A stretch of DNA of 64,000 nt from NCBI GenBank assembly GCA_973895155.1, contig OZ316891.1, forward strand, positions 9,673,875 through 9,737,874, given 5' to 3'. Made by a program: the position numbers and the translations under genes. Positions 1 to 13,254 of the stretch are shown in pieces. This DNA is from Marsupella aquatica (taxonomy: Eukaryota > Plantae > Marchantiophyta). The notes beneath the pieces were generated by a model that did not search any database, was not told the origin of the DNA, and saw nothing but the letters and a program-made list of their open reading frames with translations. Numbering within the stretch: the first letter of the stretch is position 1; each line of letters begins with the position of its first letter.

Positions 1-1513
1 TGGACCTGTCCAATATGCAAATGTAGCACTCAAATTTTAGACTAGAAGTTCCTTTGTTACATTCTATCGTGAGAACCAATTCGAGAAAGTTGAGATAGAA
101 ACTATGCAAGATTTTCAACCAACCAACCGCCTAGAAAGACTCGGAATAGACCACAAGTGTTTGACGCATACCTGGAGGGCACTAAGAGGCACTCCCTTCC
201 TTTCGAGATATCGATGCACACGAATAAGCTGCTTAGGGCCATAATTGCTCACCCCAACAGCCTTTACGAGCCCCTGCAAGTTTTGATTATTGGATGTTAT
301 CACTTGTCATTAATACAATTATATCCTTATCTAAACGATCGATTTTGGGTATAGTTTTCCCGCGGTGACAATTTTAGTGAAGCTCCACAGCTGGGGAAGA
401 TTTTAAAATTACTATCAATTAATTTGAATTTTGAAGTATAAAATGAGGTAATGCTGTCAAAAGAATATCTGATTTTGAGGATGCAACAGACATGGAGTGT
501 TGGTAAACTTTAAACTGTATACCTCTTGGTAAACAGCTGCCAGACCATCCCACAGGGCCCGCTCTTGAAAGGGGGCGTAGTTTGAAGCAGACCAATGTAG
601 CTGCCCAATGCCCAGTTGATCGATCTCTAGCCTCTCTAATGAAGCCCTTCACATTGTGAGACGTACAGAGGATTGTTAACTTAATTGACGCTCACGAGGA
701 TGCAATACAGAATTACTGTTCAGTTGAAATCTTTTGAAGAATACATCCATCCAATTTCGACGTTCCTTGAAGAATGATAACGAAATTCGTCAATCGTCAT
801 ACTTGCATGCGTTGACAACCTGGCCCGGTGTCAGCCGCCATGGATACGCAGCAAATTTTGTTGCAATTGCAATGCGCTTCCTCTTCTGTTCCGCTCCTGT
901 AGCAACATGTCAACCACACCTCTGTTTAAAATGTAAATTGATCTGTCCATTAGAACCTCTCTGCAACATTATCATCGTCCTCTACATTGTCTGCTGAATT
1001 GGACGAATGACTGGAGACTGAGTGAGCGAGACTACCTGGAAACTCCCGGATAAAGTTGCCCAGCAACAGTTCACTACGCCCATTGAGACGACCCGTGCCA
1101 TACGAATCAGCCGTGTCAAACAGATTGACTCCATTCTCCACCGCCAAGTTGAAAACTTGCTGGAGCTCTGCATCCATTGAGGGTTCGTAGTTCCACAACA
1201 ACGTGTTTCCCCACGCCCAAGTCCCAAACCCCATTGGCGATACTGAAAGAGGCCCCACCTTTACCTGTCAGCCACAGCCAAAACACCATCTCCTGCGCCA
1301 TTAGCCTCATTTTCATTCCCATTTCGCAAATTTTCCCATCGCCCACATTTCCACCCACAAAATCTGTTGCATACTCTGAACACATTCTCTCAAGTTGCCA
1401 AAGTCACAGCTCCTGTCGAAGATCTGAGCAGCGGAACATCGTCATACCTCTCGCTTTTGGAAGGGTAGTTGCTGCAAGAGAGACCCCAGGGATGCCCCTA
1501 ATGTTCCCGCCAT
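1..1513 (-). CDS. PLR1: Aldo-keto reductase, pyridoxal reductase (PLR1)-like; multi-exon, 3' part outside window
   Basis: GT-AG exons 1513-1448, 1264-1036, 896-803, 646-523, 273-172 and 5-<1 join in frame: ...PFQKRE|VKVGPLSVSPMGFGTWAWGN...LFDTADSYGTG...IATKFAAYPWRLT...IGQLHWS...GLVKAVGVSNYGPKQL. AKR catalytic D/Y/K/H motifs are present. The start codon is uncertain; an upstream exon is possible. Confidence 0.85.
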
Positions 1514-2938
1514 AGCCAGGATGCTGCAGAGTCTTCTCTAAGAGAAATTTTGACAGTTGACAGATCAGAATCCCATTCGTGAAGTTGGGATGTTCCACAA
1601 TTTCAGGATACTCCAATCCCTGGTTTGGTTAACTCAATGGTAATTTTTCTGTTCCAGAGCTGGCGGATCGATGAGGCCCCAGAAGCTGATTCCTTCAATC
1701 ACCTCGACTAATCAGGGCCTCGGGTACAGTCCCGTGAGAATTTGTACTCCAACTTCAAGTTAGATGTAGATTCAAATCCCCCTGTCACTCAATCCCTTTT
1801 GCCTGACAATTCCTCACCAAAATGGTAAATTCCCAGCATGCTGGTGATGTTAGTGCAGTGGTCTTTCGCATTCAATCGGGGAGTGGATTCTTCGTGAAGC
1901 ACAATACCACAATCTCCAATCCTAAAGGAGTAATTTGCTTCCTGTATTTACAGTGTGACAGTAGCTCAATGTCACACTGTAAATACATTCCTCTACCTGT
2001 CAGGCATCCCCGGTAACAAAACCTATTGCTAATTGTCTACTAATCTATCTCTTAAAACCCGCCATCCAAAGCTAATTTAGGGGGCGGCAGTCTAGAGTGA
2101 AGCCTATAAAATAGACATGACTCTCGGGGCACAACTACGGTTGGGGGTGGAAGTTGCAGGTGAAACTGGAAATGGACTGGTTTGTGTTTAGGAGCAAAGC
2201 TTGGGCGTTCGGGCTAGTGTATATTAATGACCATATAAAGTTCTGCTATGATATGTTGAGGTTTCTCCCATGTATTGAAATAGGACATTCATATGAGCTT
2301 TCTGAAGGCTGAGATTCATTCTCGCATACCTGAGACTACCCTCAAGTGAAACACCCAAGATATTTGACCATCACCCATGGTATGAAAGTACTAACCCCTG
2401 CAAGTATTGTGAACACCTCTCAGAAGTCTCTCATGGGCCAAACAGGCTTTGCTACCCTGCCTGACTTCCATATAGCAATGTGCTATTCGGGTTGAGCATG
2501 ACCTACATGAAATATTTTTAAAACATTATTAACCTGGGGCGTTAATTTAAGTCAACCTGGGGCGTCATTTATTGACCCAAAGGAGGTGGCACTATGGTAA
2601 TTGCCTACTTCTATGTCCCCTCCCCCCCCCCCCCCCCCTTTGGATGGTGACAATTAATCGTAACCACCATGCTGATGCCTCTACTCCCATTTGGGTGACG
2701 GAGGAATAATTGACGCCCCTGGTTGAGTGTCCTCCCAGTGCAAATTAACGATCGGATGTCCTTAGGAATTAGTTGGTGGGGCACAGTGTTGCTATCCTCA
2801 CCCGAAAAGGCCCTATCAACCTTCAAAGAACTGGCAATGACTCTAGTGTCGCCGGACCAAACGCATAGTGGGGGAGTAGGATGGTCAGCAACACTTTTCC
2901 TCGGAAATGACGCCCTGGTCAATGGTAGCCTCAAAGTC

Positions 2939-3142
2939 CTCTATTTTGTACATTTGTACCACACCCTTCCGATGGAACCTGGATTTGGTGATTTTTCAGC
3001 TATGTGTTTTTAGCAATGGAGATATCAAACTTAGCATGTTCTCTATTTTGTACATTTGTACCACACCCTTCCGATGGAACCTGGATTTGGTGATTTTTCA
3101 GCTATGTGTTTTTAGCAATGGAGATATCAAACTTAGCATGTT
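2939..3142. repeat. Near-perfect tandem duplication, 2 x 102 bp
   Basis: ctctattttgtacatttgtacc...cttagcatgtt occurs at 2939 and again at 3041; it explains the repeated 34-aa block in ORF 2907..3260. Confidence 0.95.
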
Positions 3143-5417
3143 CCCGTTGCCCCCTAAAGTTACGCATACATGGACCAAGGGTTTTTTTTTCCCCATCCCC
3201 ATGGACTCTGACACACGTTTTCACTTTACACCCAAAATTCACATTGTCTGGCTAACTTAAGAATTACATTTCACTTTTGAGAAGGATGCCCCATTTTTCC
3301 AGATGTCTCAACCAAATGTGAATAGTTTTTAGCAAACTTGTGGATCTCTGTTGCAGCTCAAAATTTTCCAGCATATCCAAGTCTATTACCTGACAAAGTT
3401 CCATTTTTCTCTGAAACCATTTGGTCCATCACCAATGAGTGCAAAAGACGTTCAAGTATCCTAAACTATTTCCAATTTTTTTCTGAAACAATCAGTGCAA
3501 AGTTGGTCAAGTATTATAAACTATCTTCAATTTTTTCTGAAACCATACCATTTGGTCCATCGCCCTTGAGTGCAAAGATGGTCAAGTATTATAAACTATC
3601 CACCAACAGATGCTTCACAAAAATGCCCTCACTACTTGGGCACAACCAACTTACACCTTGTAAAAGGACGTTTCAGTTCTATAAAGGATGCTCTGAATAG
3701 TTTGTGAGAGCCACTACTTACAGATCGCATATGAGTCAAAAATGTGAAGTACTTTATCCGAGCAGATTTTGATGTTATGAGTCAATCCTTTTGATGTTGT
3801 GAGTCATCCATCTCAGCTTGGGGAAATCCATGGGGCTTGTATGTCAATCCATCTCAGCTTGGGAAATCCATGGAGGCTTCACAGCAAATCCCTGGGTCCA
3901 TCCAGGCTTTACTTTCCGTGGCCCACCCCACCAACGTTTTTTAGTGTCACTCGAAAGTCTTTGCTACTTTTTGGTAAAATAAGTCAGGCTTTTTGTCTTA
4001 CATAGTCGCAAAGTTTTTGCCACTTTTGGCGAAATAAGCCAGGGGTTTTTGTCTCGTTTAGTCAGTTTTCCACCTAGCCAAAGACCCCATTAGCCAAGAT
4101 CTGATGGTTAGCCTCTCAAGTCTAGAAGCATCTAAAGTTCATCAATGCCCTGACCTAAAAGACAAGACGCCGACCAACTTGAAGACGCTTCTCCAGTTCT
4201 CCTGCACCCCGCTAAAATCCGACACATCAGATATTGTCCCTATCCTGTGATGCACGGATTGCACGCACGACCTATGACGGTAAGGCAGGGTCCAACTTTA
4301 GAGGGACCTCCAACCTCCCCCTAAATTTAGCTCCATGCACGATCCTCGGAATCCATATCGACGGCCCATAGTCCTTGAGACTGAGCCCCCTGCCATCTCT
4401 GCCGTTCATCTGACTACTCATTAATGAGTTGACAGATTCACTAAGGCCATACCCACACTGCAGCGGACAACGTCGGCTTTACTATGTCAGAGGGACCATG
4501 TCCCGTCGTGAAGAACACCAATTGCATGACACGAATGCGGCCCCTAATATATCACGCTTATTCTAAAATCAGCTTCTCTGCCGTCACTCATTGCAATCAT
4601 TAAAAATTCATAATATCATATCATAAATAAATTAATTAATTAATAATACAGGCCATGCAGGAGACTGTGTCGGCGGTAAACGACATTCGAAGTTTGGGAA
4701 CCCTTGCGAAGAAGAGTCGCTTGGGGTCCTTAACATTACCCATGGAACCCGAATGAAATGTGTAGCAACTTTAGGGACCGGACCCCGGACTTGGTACCTT
4801 TTGGCGCGACTTGGTCAGGGGCCACCACAGTAGCATGGACCGTCGTTGGAAGGGGGAAACAGCGACTTATCAGAGCCAGATTTTCCTCGAACGAATCCAC
4901 GCCCGAAGAGCGGGCACTTGGCACATGAAAAATGACTTGGACAGTAGATTTAGTGTCCACCTCGACAGAACTGACGGTGCCAAGTAAGCGCAGTAGATGG
5001 CAATGGCCGGTGCAAATCCCCCTCGACGGGACTTACTGACCGGGTTGGCTGAGGCGGGGCAGGAACCGGCGAGCGGCGAGGATATCCGGAGCAAAATGGA
5101 AGTTCCATAGATTTCATCGATCAGAGGTATCAGAGTGTGAAGAGGATGGGCAGAACGGGCGGCAAGGCATCTCCATTGAAAGCTCGTTCTAGCGACTGAT
5201 AAAAACACGGAGTGCGCCGTAATCGAGGATGAGGGGTTCCAAAATCCAAAATTTCTGATACCGAATCAAATGAGAACGGATGCGCCGAATTGCTCCACAC
5301 ACAATTCATTGAATGACAATGCAGGGACTCGTCTCCCTGAATCACACACCCCAAGCTCGAATTGAATGCAATTCGATGGCACGGGTGAGGAATCGTCTCA
5401 AAATTTGGAGCAGTAAT

Positions 5418-6896
5418 TCAGCCGCGCGTGCCGGGAACAAGTTGCTGCAAGTGAATTGCTTTCCGAGCACTGAAAATAAGACCCAAATTGCGCTCTCTGA
5501 ACCGAGCCACCCCGCGTTCGATGAGCTCATTCGGCCACCATACATTGCGCAGCTCAACGAAGAGTCCCGTGTTGTTCTTGTACGCTGCAAGAAATGCTTC
5601 CGCAACCCTTTCGGTGAGAATGTGAGAGGAGAGGTAGACTACCTGCAGCTCTGAAACATGACCAGTCTCCAGCAGCTTGGCTGCCTCGATCTTGCTCTCC
5701 TCTCCAATGCCGTAATTGTAGAGCAAATGTAGCTCTTGCAGGTGAGGGACTTCGTTAGCTTTCACCAATTTGAGCAAAGCAGAAAATCCAGCGTCGCCTA
5801 TGTCATTGGATTGGAGATTAAGATACTTTAATTTCCACGGTCCCCTGGCCATAATTGCACTTGCAAAAGCTTTCATTCCCTCATCGCTGATGTGACATTC
5901 TCTGAGATTCAAGTGCTCCAGACCTACCAATGCTTTGCACCGCATCAGAGTTACCAAAGCCCTAGTCCCGTCTGCTCCTTGAAATTGGTTCAACGACAGA
6001 TCGAGATGTCTTAAAGATCTCATGGTTCCTGAATTCAGCGCTACAGCCAAAGCTTCCATTTCCTCTTCCTCCATACATCTGGACAGCCCCAAATGCTGCA
6101 ATCCATCAAGCAGTCCAGACAAGAACAATCTTCTGAGGTGCCTTGTATTAGAGAATGGGGATCTCTCCGAGTGAGCCTGTAGCTCCAGCCGTTGGAGCGT
6201 AGAAACCCGACCACTTAGGAGTGCCTTGACTATGGTACTAATATGGCACGGAGGTAGGGCCAGGTGGTGGAGGTCAGGGAGGTAGCGCCCCTCCAACACT
6301 TCAGCCACGGTGTCGCTCATCTGGATTGAAGCGCCACGGATAGTCTTGAGTTTGGGCATGGCAAACATCCTCAACAATTGAGATGGAGGTGAGGTGAGTA
6401 ACCGAATAGAGACGAACGTCTTCACCCTGGATACCAGCTTACTCCAAACCCTCAGGCCGCGTACCGTAGACTTGCTGATCTTAGGCAGTCGACCCTTGGT
6501 GTCTTCTTCTGGGCGGTATCCACCTATGTCCAGAATAAAATTCATGAGGGAGACTATTTTCTCATTGGAGAGATGCTTTAAAGCTAGTACTGAAGTTCTC
6601 AGCAGCTCCTCTTTCCCATCATTCAAGAGGTCTTCGAGCTCAGACCCATCCTCCACTAACTCTTCACGGATCCCGTCTTTACCCTTCCGTTCGTCTGATA
6701 GGCGCGGAGGCCGAATCTGCAGATCATCGTCGATGTAGGCCTGTTGAACGAGGGCGGCAGGGTCCACCTCCTTCACTGAGCTACTGTCCAAGGAGTGTGT
6801 GCGCGAAAACCCCCTCACGTCATACTCTTCATTCACAGCGGTGTCCAAGGATTGCGTTCGCGAAACTCGTCTTGCGACATCCTCCTCCGAATTCAT
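5418..6896 (-). CDS. Intronless leucine-rich repeat protein (ribonuclease-inhibitor-type LRRs), about 492 aa from first ATG
   Basis: Long single ORF; first ATG at 6896 (the track start at 6989 is TTG). C-terminal half has ~28-30-aa repeats: LRHLDLSLNQF..DGTRAL, LEHLNLRECHISDEGMKAF, LKYLNLQSNDIGDAGFSAL, LQELHLLYNYGIGEE. A CT-rich tract lies just upstream on the minus strand (~7000-7017). Confidence 0.8.
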   Translation of the reverse strand: MNSEEDVARRVSRTQSLDTAVNEEYDVRGFSRTHSLDSSSVKEVDPAALVQQAYIDDDLQIRPPRLSDERKGKDGIREELVEDGSELEDLLNDGKEELLRTSVLALKHLSNEKIVSLMNFILDIGGYRPEEDTKGRLPKISKSTVRGLRVWSKLVSRVKTFVSIRLLTSPPSQLLRMFAMPKLKTIRGASIQMSDTVAEVLEGRYLPDLHHLALPPCHISTIVKALLSGRVSTLQRLELQAHSERSPFSNTRHLRRLFLSGLLDGLQHLGLSRCMEEEEMEALAVALNSGTMRSLRHLDLSLNQFQGADGTRALVTLMRCKALVGLEHLNLRECHISDEGMKAFASAIMARGPWKLKYLNLQSNDIGDAGFSALLKLVKANEVPHLQELHLLYNYGIGEESKIEAAKLLETGHVSELQVVYLSSHILTERVAEAFLAAYKNNTGLFVELRNVWWPNELIERGVARFRERNLGLIFSARKAIHLQQLVPGTRG

Positions 6897-9800
6897 TGGG
6901 ACTGGAATTTCACAGCTGAAAACCTTCGGTAAATCACCGTGCAGATCTAGACGCTCTACACGCTTTCCACGACGACGTAGTGTGCACAATAGTGCGAAGA
7001 GAGAGAGAGAGAGAGAGGCCCAAAACCAACGCAGACCAATCAGAAAAACCTACGATATTAGTACACCCTTAGACTTCGGTATGGTGGAAATCGACGGGAT
7101 GGAGTGGGAAACAAACGAGGGAGTAGGGACAGATGCTTCAGTATGTCATAGATTGGGAAGTCTCTGACCGAGTAGGAAGCGCTCCTACGTCATACAGATA
7201 CTACAAATTGACAGGAAAAATGCAACTGAGTTACTCAACGGCGTCACCGGATTCAATCTAAGTTGCGAGTCAGAACCCAAGCTAATTTAAGAAGCTCGCT
7301 AAATTTTTTGGGATTTCTGTTTGCGATGGCTTGCCCAGAAAGACATCCTCCCAACTTGCAAATGTAAACGAAGCGTGTATAGTAATTGCTGTTTCCCATC
7401 AAGATCTTCAATCGAAGTTTACTGAGATGACTTTTGCCATGCTGCGCCGATTTTTGAGCTTGGTGAATCTGTCAGGCTGCCTCTGTTGTTTGTTTCAATC
7501 ATGGTTGGAGACCAGAACCCTCATTGGACCGCGTAACGGTAATCCATCATCACAATAACGAAAGACGCCTCTACGGCGAATCATCCTCGCACTGCGAGTC
7601 CCTGCACACACAGCGAACAAGCAGGTACCTGTAGGAGATTACACCCTCAACGTCACTCCATAGAGAGCCAGCTGAACTGGTGCACGACTCGTGTTCAGGA
7701 GAGTACTGTAACCAACATCGTCGCATGAGCTACAAAGTCTTCCGGTAACTATAACGGGTGCATGATCGATTAATGATGTCAAGCTTATATCACCGTCATC
7801 TGATCTCCATCAAGGAAAGACGTACTGACGACCCACATGAACTGAAATGGAAAGATTCACATTGGAATGGAAACGTTCTTTTGATTCCATGAAACTCCCC
7901 ACGGCAAGTGCTTTGGACGTACTGGAAGCCAGAATATGCGTGATTGCGCACAAAGAACGAATACCGGCAGAGCAAATTCTCGTCGACGGTTCAGTCTTAC
8001 AACATTCTCACTTTAAAGAGAGCTCCACGAGAAGCTGCAAAGGATACTTCACATGTATCGTCACACAAAAGGAAAATGGATATCTACAGAGCCGATTTTG
8101 ATCCGAGACTCTATAATAAAACAATTTTTACTCTGACTCAATTCGACCGAATCTGTTCGAATCCAAAGATATCAATCCCCAACCCTCACCGACCGAATGG
8201 AGATGACTCAATTCCACACTACTCGACATATTCCCATCCACAATCAAGCGTCGGCTGAGACCGTCAGAGCATTTTCGTCGCTTAACTTAGCAATGCTTCC
8301 TTCATTGTCCACGCTTAATGAGTAATAGGAATTCTATGATGATGATCTTCAGCAAATCAAGATGAGCATCCAAAATATCTAGACCCACTCCCGCAGTAAG
8401 CTACAGCTCATGATCACAGTAATCCAACGGTACAAGAACGAAACTTTAGGAATGATTGTAGAGACGTACGTACGGGCTTTGGGAGTAAAATGATTTTGAA
8501 GACAGGCAAGCGAGCAACGGAAATCATGTCACACAAACAAATATGAAAATGAGGTCCACCACAAAATCCACTTCGAATCTCGAGAGAGCTTGAACACGCG
8601 AACACAGATGAGTGCATTAGAAGAGTACCTCCACCTCCGATTACAATCAAGAAGTTAGGCAGGTAGCTAGCCATGCATGGTAATCGCCCTCCAGTGAATG
8701 AAGGAACAGCTTGCTATTTCCTCATTACAGAGTTCGCAGCCGATGATGGCCTTTTGCAGAATTTTCATAGTCGAAGATGGAGTCCCTCAAACTTAGTATG
8801 AAGTGGAATGCTGCTCACGATATATTGCCAGAGTCGCAAAGCTACTGTAATTAAAGGAACGATACTATCATGCCCGCAACAAAGCGCTGTTGCAAGTTTA
8901 TGCTATCGACACTCCCCCTGTAGAGTACTGTACTAAACAGGGAATTTTAGAGCCGTGGAAGTGGGAACTCAACACAGCTTGACCAGGATTAGGTGCAGTA
9001 CAATACAATGCAGGCCAAGGTTCCATGCACTTCTAACTTTCCTTAAAGGAAAAGGGCGACAGAGGACCGTCCCAAAGATATAACCAATATTATTGGATTG
9101 GCTCCATCTGTACACAATTCTTCTTTGTCTAGCTCAGTTTGCCTGCCTGCCGGGCCCCGCAATGAACAGCTCCACGCCTCCACCTACTGCATGCCCTTTT
9201 CTGAACGTGGTCAAAGGCAATCCATCGGACCAGCCCAGCCAGTGCGTCTCGTTCCAATACAGTGCAAATTCACGTAGATGGGAAGCTCCCGCCCCAGAGC
9301 GAATTCCGATTGACGATTGCGGAGACTACTTCGGCCAACAGCCAGCTGCAGTCGGGCATCTCGAGCATCGATGCTTCCGGCAGTCATGACCTCCTCCCTC
9401 CTTTTCCTCCTCCTGCTCGCTCGCTCGACAGATCGTTCAAAGCAGCTTCTCGCTGTGATTCCCGCCCCTCGACTGCTCCAATGCGCCACGCACCGCATAA
9501 CGCCAGAATGGCAGATTCCTCCATTGCTGGGGCCAGTAGCACATCCTAGAGTATATGCACATGGAGGATCGTTCATTCACTTCTCCACTGTCGCGTGCAC
9601 TCGTGAAATCAATCGCCGACTATAGGAGCATCGTTTTACTGTACTGCATACAGCGCTTCTCCAGTTCTCCCTACCTCCCTCCCTCCCTCCCTCCTTTCTT
9701 CGCAGGCATCCCGCGGCCCAGCACACAGCCCGTCCCATTGTCCCAAGCGGCCAAGCTCCCGTCCCACGAGCCCCCATCGCTCCCGCTCTCCGAAGCTTAT

Positions 9801-10899
9801 TAGAGAAAGGAACAATGAACAATCATAAAGAAAGTAACCGTAATTCTCTAGCGAAATTATTAATATGCGGCGCTGCAATGATGCAATCGTGCACCGGACA
9901 ATGATGACCATAATTGAGAATTGTAAAATTGATCCGGTTTGCCATCCTCGGAGAGACAGTACTCGGATGGTTTCATGATTGACTGATGCTGCTAGGCGCT
10001 TCTATCAGTTCTATGGAAGTAAGCTCCGACTGTGAGACACTGATAAGACCTGCAGAAAGGCACAGGGAGCTTTGGCGGCGGCATTGAAGGTGGTTTCCGA
10101 GAGTAATCAAGTTTACTCAGATCTTCAGGGAGACAGGGACGATGTCGTCAGTGTCCTAGTAGTCACAGGGCTACTGTATCGACCTCGGAGTTGGCGAGCT
10201 CCTGAATTTCTGATGCTTTCACAAATCACCTTGGTTCGTGGGAAGGCGAAATTACGGTGTTGCAATTTGGGCCGACATAAATGCACTCCCAATCTCGATG
10301 AATAGTCTAGTTCCAGACATTTCGGACAGAAGAGAGAGACTGAGAGCGAGAAAGAGAGATTTACTGCCACTTCGAAGGAAAAGAATGATGGCGAGGAGTC
10401 ACACAAGCTAATTATGGACTCTGGCCGTCAAAAGATCGATCTTCAGATGAGTCAGACTGTCAGAGCCGAGACCAAAATACAGTAAAATTACTTCCCCAAT
10501 TCTGGACCGTAGTTTTCTTACAATTTGGTAGCTAGAAATGGAGATGCTTACTATGGAATACCAGGCCCGTGACCAAAGTGGGTTTGGTCAAAATTGTCTG
10601 AACTTAAATAGGTGATTACTTTACTTGAACTTAACTAGTATGTGGATTCAACTCAATTTTTTTAACATAGTGGTAATATTGTATTTATTTGTTTTACTAA
10701 CTCCCTTACTAACTCTCTTTCCTGGTCTTTCCTGGTTATCAAGTCTGCCAAAACTCTATAATGTGCCCAAATATAGTGCCAAGAATTTGGAAGGAGCTTT
10801 TAGCGTGCTACATAATATTGTCATCCTTTGTTTGTCTCCATCTCTCTCATGTTTTTTTCACCTCTCTATGTAATTCACAATGCAACTCCTCATTGTAGC

Positions 10900-12300
10900 A
10901 ATCACCTGGCTTGTTGAGTGACAAATTATTCATCACAAGGGTGAGCAACGTACTATCTTGGAGACAAGGAGCTAGACAATCACCTGCACTTCATTGTCTT
11001 GCAATGTTTTTGTGCAATGGATAATTATGCATTGGACTTGTCTATAAAATTATGAGATGTTTTTAAAAGTATTTGAAGTTTGCATAATAAAAGTTGGCAT
11101 CACTAACAAACAAATTCATAAACTCAAAAACTATTTATAGCATTGGTTTTTTAATTGTTTTTTGGGAAACAAGTATACTTTTTGTTTGGAAAGTGTAATT
11201 TATTCATCATGATTTGTCTAATAATGACAGAAACAAAATTCTCATCAATTTTAATGGCAAATGGCAACCAAAAAAAACCCATAAGTGTAGAATCATAATG
11301 ATCATGTTGAAAAGAGAGTAACTTTATAAACAGGTACCTTCATAAGAGAAGAAACATACTAATTTCATTTCTGTTTTTTAAATGTATGTTTTACTAATCA
11401 ATAGAAAGTCATAGCCTTATTTTTGTAGAGATTTTATAATAATAGAATAATTTAATGTTTTGAGAATAGTTGATTAGTCTTGAATGTGCAAGTGAGTTTT
11501 AACATTAATATGCTTATGACTTTTTTGGTGTGTATTCAAGGAATATGTTTGAATAAGGCCTAGGGAGAGCTACACTCAAGTGGCATACAAGATATTTATT
11601 TAAGATTTCTCATGGTGACTACCATAAAGGTAAATGTTTATATCAGTGCATGTTTTTATGACTAGAATTTGTGTTTATTTGTTATTTGTGAAGTGACTTG
11701 ATATTTTGTCCATTCAATTGACATGAGCAATTTTGTGTGAGTTTGTAGACAAATTATGGCATCACTAAGAAACAACCCCAAGCTATCATCTAAGCTTGAA
11801 ATAGAGATTTGTTTCTCTCTTTATTCCTCGTTGAATAAATGTGATTGCTAAAGTTGTTCATTCATAAAGCTAAATCAAGCATGAAATCTATCTACACTTT
11901 AAAATCTAATTTTCACATATGTAATATTTATCATAATAGTGTTTATTTTCAAATAAATTATCAGATTAGCTAAAAAAAATTAGCATTATCATATATGGAT
12001 GTGCAAATATTAGTATATTAATTATTTGCCACAACACTTACCTTTTATTTGAATCAACACAATAGATTTATGCAATCTTAACAAAACTATAAGTAATTGT
12101 AATTTGCAATTTATTTGTGGAAAGCAATGCTCTTGGTAGGTAGATGAGTCTTTTGTAATCTTGTTTCATATTGTTAGGGTTATCTTAGGGCATTACAGAT
12201 TAAGAAAGTGAAATTTGCCCTTTGTTGGATTCCAAAAATGGAGAAGTTAGCTCTTTGTACCTAAAATTATTCACTTAAGTTTATTATCAATCAGGTACTA
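10900..12300 (+). mobile_element. Highly degraded DNA transposon remnant, possibly hAT
   Basis: AT-rich, with no long ORF. A short frame near 12161-12200 reads LFHIVRVILG, resembling the hAT C-terminal dimerisation segment. Weak evidence. Confidence 0.3.
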
Positions 12301-12349
12301 TAATTATAAGGTCCATATCATATTATTCAAGTTAATGCAATAAACTATA

Positions 12350-12880
12350 GTACACACATATGCAGAGGTTGGTGTAATGTTTGACCCTAATTGTAACTTC
12401 AAAATCAATATAAGGTTACAAGTTAAGGCATTCTGGTACACACATTCACAAGGGTCGGTGTATTGTTTGACCCCAGTTGTAATTTCAAAATCAATATAAA
12501 GTTACAAGTTAAGGGATCCTGGTACACACATCTGCAAGGGTCGGTGTACTGTTTGACCCCAATTGCAACTTATAAAATCAATATAAGGTTACAAGTTAAG
12601 GCATTCTGATACACACATCTGCAAGGGTTGGTGTATTGTTTGACCCCATTTGTAACTTCAAAATCAATATAAAGTTACAAGTTAAGACATTTTGGTACAC
12701 ACATCTGCAAGGGTTGGTGTACTCTTTGACCCCAGTTGTAGCTTATAAAATCAATATAAGGTAACTACAAGTTAAGACATTATGGTGCACACATCTACAA
12801 GGGTTAGTGTACTGGTTGACCCTAGTTGTAACTTCAAAATCAAAATTAGGTTATCTAGGAAGGTTACAAGTCAAGGCATT
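12350..12880. repeat. Tandem array, about 6 copies of an 86-90-bp unit
   Basis: Unit ggtacacacatctgcaagggt(t/c)ggtgta...tttgacccc...aaaatcaatataa(a/g)gttacaagttaag; copies start near 12351, 12437, 12523, 12610, 12696 and 12786. Confidence 0.95.
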
Positions 12881-13254
12881 AATGTTCAATGTAAGTTTCC
12901 CATGATCAAACCCTCACTTATTCACCCCACCTTCCTCATGATCTTTCACCCCTACTTATATTTATAATATTCTTTCCCATTTTACTTGTATGGCTTCAAG
13001 AGGTTGAGAAAATGCTTTATATGTTGCTTACCAAGCTTATTTTATTTTATTGTAATTAAATTGCCTTTTAAAATATACCTAATACCCAAACTGGAGATTT
13101 TTCAAATATTGATTTTTTTCAAAGCCGACCTACTGTCCAAGTTCTTCTTATTCCTTAGGCACTATAAAGGGCATATTCTAGTTATGTCAACATCCAAGCA
13201 TGGATAGGTTTAGTTTAATAGAGTTGTTTGTGTCAAGAAGCGACATTACTCTTC

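Noticed and set aside
4736-5354. Additional minus-strand exons or gene downstream of the LRR ORF
   Set aside because: Short overlapping ORFs with no recognisable domain or convincing splice path; more likely 3' UTR.
12350-12880. 86-bp periodic array as repeat-spacer (CRISPR-like) structure
   Set aside because: The whole unit is repeated; there is no variable spacer.
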